A DNA stretch of 64,000 nt from a virus (lineage: Duplodnaviria > Caudoviricetes), in the IMG/VR virus record IMGVR_UViG_3300033407_000009, positions 6,269-70,268 of that record. One strand, given 5' to 3'. Position numbers and translations under genes: made by a program. Under the pieces are notes generated by a model. That model made no database searches, had not been told where the DNA came from, and worked only from the letters and a program-made list of their open reading frames with translations. Positions 1-7,017 of this stretch are shown here, piece by piece; position 1 is the stretch's first letter; the number at the start of each line of letters is the position of its first letter.

Positions 1-19
1 CTACAAAGAAATCCAGGAC

Positions 20-1981
20 ATGATCGAGGGCTACGCCGGCATGCTGGCGCGCACGAATGGCATTGACGTCATTAGGGGAGTTGAGCTTCGACCAACCGCA
101 CTGCTTCCCCCTGGGACAAGCGAGGAAGTTGTCATACTTAATAGAGACGCCCTTGTGTCAGCTGGAGAGCTCAGGGCACACGAAGCAGCGATGGACGCTA
201 GGGCCGCCCAACACTCCAAAGACCTGCACGCTGACGCGCTGCAAAAGTGGGTGAAGAAGCACGCCAAACGCCCGCTGTTCACACGCAAGACAGTCGACGA
301 CTTCGCACAGTACCAGTCCAGCGCCCAGCGGCTGGCGGCCAGCATGTCGGCCATTCACGAGCACTTCGGCCGCAATCTGTCCGAGGGGGGCGTGCCGATC
401 TACCAGGCGTTCCAGGACGCCGGACTCAATGCGGATACGGCGCTCGAACATTTCGCCCGCCGGCACGGGATGAGCATCGAGCAGGCAGCCAGCGCCACGA
501 TACCGGAGGAGACGGCGAAGGGCGCCAAGGCAATGCTCGCTGCCCAACCGGGAACTGAGTACGGCAACCGCATCGGCCAGGCAATGGATCGCTGGATGCA
601 GCACTGGAAGCAGGCAGTTTATTTGCCGTTTCCGGCCTCTGTGGAAAGGAATCTGCACGCGGGACTTTTCATGAATGTCGCATCGGGCGAGATCCCGATA
701 CAGGAGATTCCGAATTTCACGAAGGCTTTGTACCACGTCCAGCGGATGGCGACCGGTAAAGTGGATGACGTTGAATTGCTGCGCGCCATGTACACCAACA
801 ACATCCTGGATCCACGATTCGGTTTTGAAGGAGTCGAGCGGTCGACATTGCGAAAGGCACCTGGCGATCTGGAAATCGCTATTGTTCCCGAGAGCCCCAC
901 GCGACTTCGACAGACATGGAGGCAGGCCCAAGAATCAATTGCCGACGATGGCGTGCGCAACCCACTTGGGTCCCGTGCTGCATACCGTACGTTGCTGGGT
1001 ACCGGCTCGAAAGCAAACCACTGGGTGGAATGGCTCGTTCGCGGATCCATGTTCAAGCATCTGCGTGACAAGGGGTGGGATGACGCTGCCGCCGCGGCGA
1101 AGGTTCGTGAATTGCACTTCGATTATTCTCGTGCGGGAGCAACACCATTCGAGCGCGGTGTAATGAAGCGAGCTGTCCCCTTTTACACGTTTGCAAGAGG
1201 CATCGCGGAATACACCATGCGCGAGCTCATGCGTCGACCGGGAGGCGCATTCGGCCGAAGTATCACGACGTCAGGCAGGGCTGGCGATCCTGGCGTTCTG
1301 GCACCAGAGCATATTGCCCAGGGAGCCGCTATTCCAATGGGAGAGGGCCCGGAAGGATCGCAGACGTTCATCAGCGGACTTGGTCTGCCCTTCGAGGATT
1401 CGTTGCAGTTCCTCAGTGCCGGCGCCGGGCCCGGGGCGGCGCTGCAACATGGACTCTCAGAGATTGCTTCTCGAACCAACCCACTGATCAAAGCTCCCAT
1501 TGAGCTCGCGACGGGGCGTAGCCTCTTTCAGGGACGCGCTCTGGAAGATTTGGATCCGACCTACGCACGCTTGATCAGCAATGTCCGCGATTTGGCGACA
1601 GGAGAAAGGACGCGATCCGTCCGTCCCCTGGCGGGCAGTCAGACATTGGAAGCGATCCTAGGCAACCTTCCGACTTCCAGGTTCGGTACCACCGCGAGAA
1701 CGCTCACCGATCCCCGTAAATGGGAGGATCCGACTTCCATGCTGACGAACCTGTTCACTGGGGTTCGCCGTACGCATGTCAGTCCTGAGCAGATGGAGCA
1801 CCGGGCGCAGCAGCTCGCCGAACAGCGGATGCAACGGGAACTCGGGGCCCGGGAGTTCACCCGACGCTGGATCCCCGAGGATCTCCAAGAACGATTCACT
1901 CCCGACCAGCGGATCCTGGCCGAACAGATGAACGCCCTGCTGGCAACACTGGCCAGAAGGCAGCGGGAGCGATCAAAATGA
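20..1981 (+). CDS. C-terminal part of a large virion/ejection (large polyvalent, LPD38-like) protein; 5'-partial
   Basis: Frame is open to the window edge (YKEIQD precedes the Met). HFDYS...FERGVMKRAVPFYTF and NPLIKAPIELATGRSLFQGR motifs resemble LPD38-type C-termini of phage internal proteins. Confidence 0.55.
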   Translation: MIEGYAGMLARTNGIDVIRGVELRPTALLPPGTSEEVVILNRDALVSAGELRAHEAAMDARAAQHSKDLHADALQKWVKKHAKRPLFTRKTVDDFAQYQSSAQRLAASMSAIHEHFGRNLSEGGVPIYQAFQDAGLNADTALEHFARRHGMSIEQAASATIPEETAKGAKAMLAAQPGTEYGNRIGQAMDRWMQHWKQAVYLPFPASVERNLHAGLFMNVASGEIPIQEIPNFTKALYHVQRMATGKVDDVELLRAMYTNNILDPRFGFEGVERSTLRKAPGDLEIAIVPESPTRLRQTWRQAQESIADDGVRNPLGSRAAYRTLLGTGSKANHWVEWLVRGSMFKHLRDKGWDDAAAAAKVRELHFDYSRAGATPFERGVMKRAVPFYTFARGIAEYTMRELMRRPGGAFGRSITTSGRAGDPGVLAPEHIAQGAAIPMGEGPEGSQTFISGLGLPFEDSLQFLSAGAGPGAALQHGLSEIASRTNPLIKAPIELATGRSLFQGRALEDLDPTYARLISNVRDLATGERTRSVRPLAGSQTLEAILGNLPTSRFGTTARTLTDPRKWEDPTSMLTNLFTGVRRTHVSPEQMEHRAQQLAEQRMQRELGAREFTRRWIPEDLQERFTPDQRILAEQMNALLATLARRQRERSK

Positions 1982-2202
1982 CTCGGCAAAGCTTCCGTGT
2001 GCACCTCGTCTGCGGCAAGACCGACTGGGATGCCATCGAGAAGCGTATCTCTCGGCTCCAGAGACACCAAGTCAAGGCGATCCTGGACGGGTTCGATACC
2101 TGCGAGCGGACTGGGCAAGAGTGCGCCAACTGTCTCTTTGAGTTTCAATCATTGCTCATCAGGGCAATCATTGAGAAGTCAGGGGTTCCGTCTTCTCCTT
2201 GA
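1978..2202 (+). CDS. hypothetical protein
   Basis: ATGA overlap with the upstream stop; 74 aa with CxxxxxxCxxC. Confidence 0.45.
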   Translation: MTRQSFRVHLVCGKTDWDAIEKRISRLQRHQVKAILDGFDTCERTGQECANCLFEFQSLLIRAIIEKSGVPSSP

Positions 2203-2422
2203 CTTCGCTGAGCCTCGTGTCCTCGTGCGAATGGCGAGACCATATGGCACTTGCGCGGCAGAGCATCCTGCCATGCATGTAATTCCCGGAATTGTTCGGC
2301 CCGGACAGATAATCTCCCGGAAGGCGTCCGCCACAAACAGGGCATACGTCGCCAGCAGCATCACGCAATGTTTTCAGTCTCACTTCCAATAGTGCTTTCT
2401 GAAATAACTCTGGCGTCACGCT

Positions 2423-3121
2423 TCACTCCTTCCCGCAAAGGGACTCCAGCCTCTTAAGGATTCTTCGCACCTTGGTCGCCGTCCACAGTTTCGTAGGATC
2501 GTACGCGCCGTTGGTGGGAATGCGTTCGTAATTAAGGGCATCGGCGATTTGCTGGAATCCGCACCCTCCATCGCGTTGTATCCTGATTGCGTCTATCACC
2601 TGCTGCTGCTCTTCGACAGGCACCAGCCTCTTTGAATCGGTCGGATCCAGCGTCCAGCCGTAAGGCACCTGGCCCACTCGTTCGCCTCGCTCGCGCTTCT
2701 CGTGCAGCGCTGCCTTGGTGCGCTCGCTGATCGTCTCTCTTTCCCATTGAGCCACGGTCATCAGCATGTTCAAGACGAGGCGCCCCGAAGCCGTCTTGGT
2801 CGAAACGCAGTCGTCAACCGCCAGCAGCGTCACCGTCTTGCTGAAGTAGCGGGTGATGAGCACCTGCCAATCGGCGAGACTCCGGGTGAGTCGGTCCAGC
2901 TTGGCGACGATAATTCCCTTGGACTTCCGGGAATCGAGTAACCGCATGGCATGCTGGAACCCCGGCCTCTTGAGCGAGCGGCCGCTCCCGCCGATGTCCT
3001 CGATCCAATGCTCGACTTCATGGCCGTACAGCTCGCAGAAGGACTGGATCTTCTTCCGCTGCACTTCCGGGGAGATTTCCTGGATCTCCTTCGATACGCG
3101 GATGTAGCCGATGAGCTTCAT
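2423..3121 (-). CDS. serine recombinase (resolvase/invertase catalytic domain plus short recombinase DNA-binding segment)
   Basis: N-terminal GYIRVS (catalytic Ser), IEDIGGSG, RPGF, AKLDRLTR, helix E ERETISERTKAAL, C-terminal PYGW...W...VRRIL. Confidence 0.9.
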   Translation of the reverse strand: MKLIGYIRVSKEIQEISPEVQRKKIQSFCELYGHEVEHWIEDIGGSGRSLKRPGFQHAMRLLDSRKSKGIIVAKLDRLTRSLADWQVLITRYFSKTVTLLAVDDCVSTKTASGRLVLNMLMTVAQWERETISERTKAALHEKRERGERVGQVPYGWTLDPTDSKRLVPVEEQQQVIDAIRIQRDGGCGFQQIADALNYERIPTNGAYDPTKLWTATKVRRILKRLESLCGKE

Positions 3122-3621
3122 GACAGTGCGGTTTTGTGGAATTTATTCTGGCAGTGGCGACAAATGATCACGGAATCGAGCGGTGCCTCGGATATTGTCG
3201 AATTTCTCGTGCGTCCGCCGCAGTGTGGACAACGTATCGATGCGCTTTGGTAGATCCAGAATCCCGCCAGCCAGAGGATCGGATTGAGGATCACGGCCAA
3301 GATAAATCCGTCGAAACTGCCGCCACTCCCGGCAGCCGAGCCCCACAGCCCCAGCAATGCAGTTATGATTCCCGCCGGCAACATCCAGCCCGAGCGCCCC
3401 CCCGTTGGGAATTGGCCCCCGTGCCCAGCCCAACCACCGCCTGTCCGGTTCCGGCTGGTTCCGGCTGGTTCCGGCTGGTTCTCTCGGACTACCTGGGGTT
3501 TCTCCTGCTCTACCGGATTGCGTGGCGGTTCTGTTGCTGCGAGCGGTTCGGCTGTCGTGTACGCGACAATACATCCGGTTGCGATCGCAGCGATGATGAA
3601 GCAGTAGGCCAGGATGATCAC
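3118..3621 (-). CDS. membrane protein with C-terminal zinc ribbon
   Basis: N-terminal hydrophobic helix, two further TM segments, CPHC...CRHC; overlaps neighbours by ATGA-type coupling. Confidence 0.6.
   Translation of the reverse strand: MIILAYCFIIAAIATGCIVAYTTAEPLAATEPPRNPVEQEKPQVVRENQPEPAGTSRNRTGGGWAGHGGQFPTGGRSGWMLPAGIITALLGLWGSAAGSGGSFDGFILAVILNPILWLAGFWIYQSASIRCPHCGGRTRNSTISEAPLDSVIICRHCQNKFHKTALS
3451..3480. repeat. tandem 10-bp repeat (CCGGCTGGTT)x3 inside the membrane-protein ORF
   Basis: Three exact units, preceded by a partial unit ccggtt at 3445-3450. Confidence 0.9.
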
Positions 3622-3842
3622 GTCACTCTCCTCACTACCTTTGGTTTCGGTTTCGCATTCTCCTTACGCTTGATCTCCAGTCCAAAGTATTTCACCAGCG
3701 TGTCGACCATCTTCTGCGAGAACGCTCGCTCCCCTTTGGCGCAGCGGTAGAGGGCCGTGTAATGAAGGCCGGTGCGGCGCGCCAATTCCCGGTAGGTGAA
3801 CCCGGATTCAGATATGAGCCGTCTCAATTCGTCGGTGAGCAT
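3618..3842 (-). CDS. XRE/Cro-CI family HTH repressor
   Basis: LRRLISESGFTYRELARRTGLHYTALYRCAKGER...VDTLVKYFGL is a typical HTH_3 pattern. Confidence 0.85.
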   Translation of the reverse strand: MLTDELRRLISESGFTYRELARRTGLHYTALYRCAKGERAFSQKMVDTLVKYFGLEIKRKENAKPKPKVVRRVT

Positions 3843-3848
3843 GCAGCG

Positions 3849-3879
3849 AGTTTAGTCGGGCGTTGCTGGCGTGTCAACA
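3849..3879 (-). promoter_or_regulatory. sigma70-like promoter of the XRE gene (leaderless) with overlapping operator-like sequence
   Basis: Minus strand reads TTGACA-17bp-TAAACT-6nt-ATG(3842). The -35 lies in an imperfect copy of the palindrome at 30051-30069. Confidence 0.6.
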
Positions 3880-4079
3880 CTCAGCGCATTCAGCGCAATC
3901 GTCTTCACCCCAGAGCTGCGGTCCCCGTAGATATCGACGATCTGGCGGAGCGCGGAACGCAGCCACTCGATCTCGTCACGGAAAAGCTGCACTCGCCACT
4001 CGGCTGTCGCTCGTCCTGAGCGCAGCCGCGCGTTCTCCTCTCGCAGCCACTGATTCTCTCTCCGCAGATCCTCGGTCAT
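3852..4079 (-). CDS. hypothetical coiled-coil protein
   Basis: ATG at 4079 preceded by GGGAGTGAG RBS; LRRENQWLREENARLR heptads. Confidence 0.55.
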   Translation of the reverse strand: MTEDLRRENQWLREENARLRSGRATAEWRVQLFRDEIEWLRSALRQIVDIYGDRSSGVKTIALNALSVDTPATPD

Positions 4080-4083
4080 GTGG

Positions 4084-4732
4084 CTCACTCCCACGGAATA
4101 AACTTCGGCGACTCCCGGCGGCATCACGCGATGTCGTCGGTCATTGAATCAGCCCCATTTTCTTGAGGTATTCGTCTCGTTCCTTGTTGCAGCAATTCCA
4201 GCCTCCCTCAACACGTCCTGTAGCCGCGTTCCAAACGGCTCTGGCTTGAACCACTTCGTCAGCAATTCCCGGCATTCCTTGCAGTGCCTTCGTCGGCTGG
4301 ACGACTTGTCTTTGCCGCAGCGTTTGCAGAAATGATGCTTTACCTGTGGCTGCCGCTGCATGTTTCGCAGGTGGTTGCACTTTGCGCAAGCATGGGCCTG
4401 ATTCATTCGGGCGTTTCCCCCGCCCTCTCCAATCGGATGTCTGTGTTCCAGCGTAGCGAAGGGAGACTCGACGACGATGTCTCCGACGCGGTGTAGCACC
4501 GAGAATGCCTTGATCTTCACCGCGTCAACCGCTCGCACGAGCACTGTCTGCACGCCGCAGAATTCGCACTTGCCGTCGCTGTCGGTCCACAGCTCGAGCA
4601 GTCGATTGCCGCGTCTGGACTGGCGGCGCGCTTTGATGCGCCTACGAGATTCGATGTTGGTCGCAGTGCTGAGTGGCCGATATCCCATCGCTCTCACTCC
4701 CGCGTAATAAACTTCGGCGACTCCCGGCGGCA
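4084..4732. repeat. ~40-bp direct repeat pair (4084-4123 and 4693-4732) flanking the HNH gene
   Basis: ctcactccc-N4-aataaacttcggcgactcccggcggca in both copies. Confidence 0.9.
4149..4688 (-). CDS. HNH endonuclease with extra Cys clusters
   Basis: CEFC...ATLEHRHPIGEGGGNARMNQAHACAKCNHLRN (HNH/McrA-like), then CKRC/CKEC; RBS GGGAGTGAG before the ATG at 4688. Confidence 0.85.
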   Translation of the reverse strand: MGYRPLSTATNIESRRRIKARRQSRRGNRLLELWTDSDGKCEFCGVQTVLVRAVDAVKIKAFSVLHRVGDIVVESPFATLEHRHPIGEGGGNARMNQAHACAKCNHLRNMQRQPQVKHHFCKRCGKDKSSSRRRHCKECRELLTKWFKPEPFGTRLQDVLREAGIAATRNETNTSRKWG

Positions 4733-4737
4733 AATTC

Positions 4738-5607
4738 TCACGCCACGTCCGGCGGCATCTGCCGATTCCTCGTCGAGATCGACCGATCGACGTAATACTT
4801 TCGCATGTCCGGCGTGCGATGTCCAAGGTAATCGCTCACTGCCTCTGGGTGCTCGATGTCCAGTTGCGTCGCCCCCGTCCGGCGAAGCTGCTGCATCGCC
4901 CCGTGCCTGACTCCCGCAATCGCAGTGACGTTGTCCCGCCACCAAACGTACCAGTTGGACTCGTTCGCAAACGGACACTTCAGCACCGGATCCCGCTCCA
5001 GACGCAGCACCAGAGCCAGCGTACGCGGCCGTAGCTGCGGATAGTGGCTGTGGCCGGTCTTGTGCTGCCGGAGCACGACGGCCCCCGTAGGCGTGATCTG
5101 GGAGCGTCTGATCCGCCAGATATCCGACCTTCTAAGTCCGCTGTCATAGACCGCGCAGACCAGCGATTCGCAGTACAGGGCCCGCGGCGTTCCGTCCGGG
5201 AAGTAGCCGACCAGCGCCCGGCAGCGTCGGAGCACGGCCCGCAGCTCGGGAATGGTCCAGGCGGTCGGGCAGGGATCCGGCTTGCGGACACGGCGGACGC
5301 GGCGCGGCCCCTCGACCAGCCCAGCACGGAAGCAGTCTCGCCAGACCATGAGCAAATTCGTCCGGTGGCTGAGGACGGTTCGCTGGGCGTACGTCAATTC
5401 GAGGTGCTGCAGCCAGCGGCTGACCTGGTCGTCTTCCAGATCCAAGAGCTTGGCCGGGCGTCCCAGCCATTCGCCAAAGAGCCGGACAGTGCGCCCCAGC
5501 TGGTATTCGGTAGTGGCTGCCAAGCTGCGATACAGGCTGTACCGCGCGATGTGCGGAAGGATTTCTGACACGGATTTTGCCCCGGTTGTGCCCCGCAAAC
5601 GGTGCAC
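4738..5607 (-). CDS. int: tyrosine recombinase/integrase
   Basis: DSGLRRSDI (Arg I), HKTG (Lys), QQLRRTGAT (HxxR variant), YLGH and YY (catalytic Tyr); upstream core-binding helices. Confidence 0.9.
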   Translation of the reverse strand: MHRLRGTTGAKSVSEILPHIARYSLYRSLAATTEYQLGRTVRLFGEWLGRPAKLLDLEDDQVSRWLQHLELTYAQRTVLSHRTNLLMVWRDCFRAGLVEGPRRVRRVRKPDPCPTAWTIPELRAVLRRCRALVGYFPDGTPRALYCESLVCAVYDSGLRRSDIWRIRRSQITPTGAVVLRQHKTGHSHYPQLRPRTLALVLRLERDPVLKCPFANESNWYVWWRDNVTAIAGVRHGAMQQLRRTGATQLDIEHPEAVSDYLGHRTPDMRKYYVDRSISTRNRQMPPDVA

Positions 5608-5770
5608 TTCCGAGGCTACCAGAGTGGCTATGTTCTTCCGTGTTTCCTCGCGCCTCCGCGGTCCAGTTCTCCAAAATCAGCGTGAATTGTAACGGTCAGC
5701 GAGACCCTGCAGGTGCTACGCCTGACAACCCTTCGGGACTGAGGTGTTCGGGAAAAATGAGCGGATTCTG

Positions 5771-5844
5771 CGGGGTGTGGCTCAGCCTGGTAGAGCGCCT
5801 GCTTCGGGAGCAGGAGGTCGCAAGTTCAAATCTTGTCACCCCGA
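5771..5844 (+). tRNA. trnP: tRNA-Pro(CGG), CCA not encoded
   Basis: Acceptor CGGGGTG/CACCCCG, D arm GCTC/GAGC, anticodon stem CCTGC/GCAGG with loop TTCGGGA, T arm GCAAG-TTCAAAT-CTTGT. Confidence 0.95.
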
Positions 5845-5851
5845 CTGTTTA

Positions 5852-5879
5852 TTGCAAGCCGCAAATCAGCATGTACAAT
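5852..5879 (+). promoter_or_regulatory. sigma70-like promoter of the xis-like gene (probably leaderless)
   Basis: TTGCAA-16bp-TACAAT, ATG 8 nt downstream. Confidence 0.55.
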
Positions 5880-5887
5880 AGCGAGGC

Positions 5888-6106
5888 ATGAGCGAGATGG
5901 CAACAGTTCCTGGCTACTACACGATGGACGAGGCCGCCGATGTCCTGAAGGTTTCGGTGAGCCAGATCTCCCGGTACATCTCGGCCGGACGGATGCCGGC
6001 CATCGACCTTGGCAGGCAGAAACTCATTGAGCAGCACGTGGTTCACACGTTTGAGAAGCCGCCAATCGGGAACCCGCAATTCCGCGAGCGGGCAAAAAAA
6101 TCCTGA
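5888..6106 (+). CDS. excisionase-like HTH (HTH_17/MerR-like) DNA-binding protein
   Basis: YYTMDEAADVLKVSVSQISRYISAGRMPAIDLG pattern; next to integrase and tRNA. Confidence 0.8.
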   Translation: MSEMATVPGYYTMDEAADVLKVSVSQISRYISAGRMPAIDLGRQKLIEQHVVHTFEKPPIGNPQFRERAKKS

Positions 6107-6123
6107 TTCTTTCCGAACTCCTC

Positions 6124-6151
6124 TTGCAAGACGCATTCTGAGTTGCATAAT
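6124..6151 (+). promoter_or_regulatory. early rightward promoter
   Basis: TTGCAA-16bp-CATAAT, same architecture as the promoter at 5852. Confidence 0.6.
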
Positions 6152-6181
6152 GTCCTGGTGTTGACGCACTGGGACTCAAAG

Positions 6182-6211
6182 GCCCGGTGCAAATGAGCAC
6201 CGGGCTTTTTT
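6182..6211 (+). terminator. intrinsic terminator/attenuator just downstream of the early promoter
   Basis: GCCCGGTGC-aaatga-GCACCGGGC followed by TTTTTT. Confidence 0.8.
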
Positions 6212-6301
6212 CGTTTGGTAGCCCGGTGCGACGAAATCGGAGTTCGTCACCGGCCCGGCCGGTGCGAAGGAGTTCACCGGCTGATGTTTCTCAAATGCGT
6301 G

Positions 6302-6450
6302 TCATGGAATCGCGTGGTTTCCTAGGGGTGCTCGCAGCCCCCATGGCGAGAAGTCGCACGGCCCAATGTGCCGCGCGAGCCTCTCGCCGAATCCCACAAA
6401 TGCCGGATGAATGGGCCGGCAAGTTCCGAACCCGCCACGCGATTCCATGA
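6302..6450 (+). ncRNA. putative tracrRNA-like scaffold for the Cas12f-like protein
   Basis: Closed by a perfect 16-bp inverted repeat (6302-6317/6435-6450). Contains GCTCGCAG (6330-6337), complementary to the repeat end CTGCGAG+C, and AGTTCCGAACCC (6422-6433), complementary to repeat GGGTTTGGAACT with one G:U. Confidence 0.65.
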
Positions 6451-6471
6451 TGTGCATTTTTGTTTTTCTTT

Positions 6472-6488
6472 GGTTTGGAACTGCGGAG
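6472..6488 (+). repeat. solo fragment of the CRISPR repeat abutting an RBS
   Basis: GGTTTGGAACTGCG (14 nt identical to the repeat) followed by gagAAAGGA and ATG at 6502. Confidence 0.8.
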
Positions 6489-6501
6489 AAAGGACGAACG
6501 C

Positions 6502-7002
6502 ATGACCACGAAAACCACCTCACAAAAGCACGCTCATCTGAAGTCTCTCGCCAAGAAGAATCGTCTCGATGTCTACGAGATGATCCGCCTGGCCAGCGAC
6601 ATTCTTGCCGACCACGAGTACGTCGATTCGCTGGGAGGCGAGGCGGCGGTGCTCGACATGCTGGCCGCTGATGAATTCGCGCACTTTCCCACGCGCCCAG
6701 CCGTCAAGACGATGGTCGACGCGTATCGCGCCAACCCCGATCGCAAGACCTGGAAAGAATACGCATACAGCACGGAGGCGATGGTCGAGCTGGCCAAGCC
6801 GGAGAAGTTGAAGCCCGAAGGAGATCGCACCGACTGGAAGGCATTGGCGAAGGAACGGGAAGCTCGCGTCGCCGAGTTGGAGGCAGTGGTGGCAGACCTT
6901 CGGGCGCGATGCAGCGAGTTGTCTACTCGCGTCGAGGAATTGCTCGGCGTGAATGGCGAACTGCGTGGACGGATCAAGGCGCGACACGAAATGATCGCGT
7001 GA
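6502..7002 (+). CDS. hypothetical protein with C-terminal coiled coil
   Basis: RBS AAAGGA; heptad-rich C-terminus; first gene of the operon. Confidence 0.65.
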   Translation: MTTKTTSQKHAHLKSLAKKNRLDVYEMIRLASDILADHEYVDSLGGEAAVLDMLAADEFAHFPTRPAVKTMVDAYRANPDRKTWKEYAYSTEAMVELAKPEKLKPEGDRTDWKALAKEREARVAELEAVVADLRARCSELSTRVEELLGVNGELRGRIKARHEMIA

Positions 7003-7017
7003 AAAGGAGGTGCCAAG

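Noticed and set aside
2845-2855. 11-nt match AGTAGCGGGTG between the sequence after the 33.1-kb solo repeat and the serine recombinase gene
   Set aside because: Short and GC-rich, found after testing several guides, with no clear T-rich PAM. Not significant without data.
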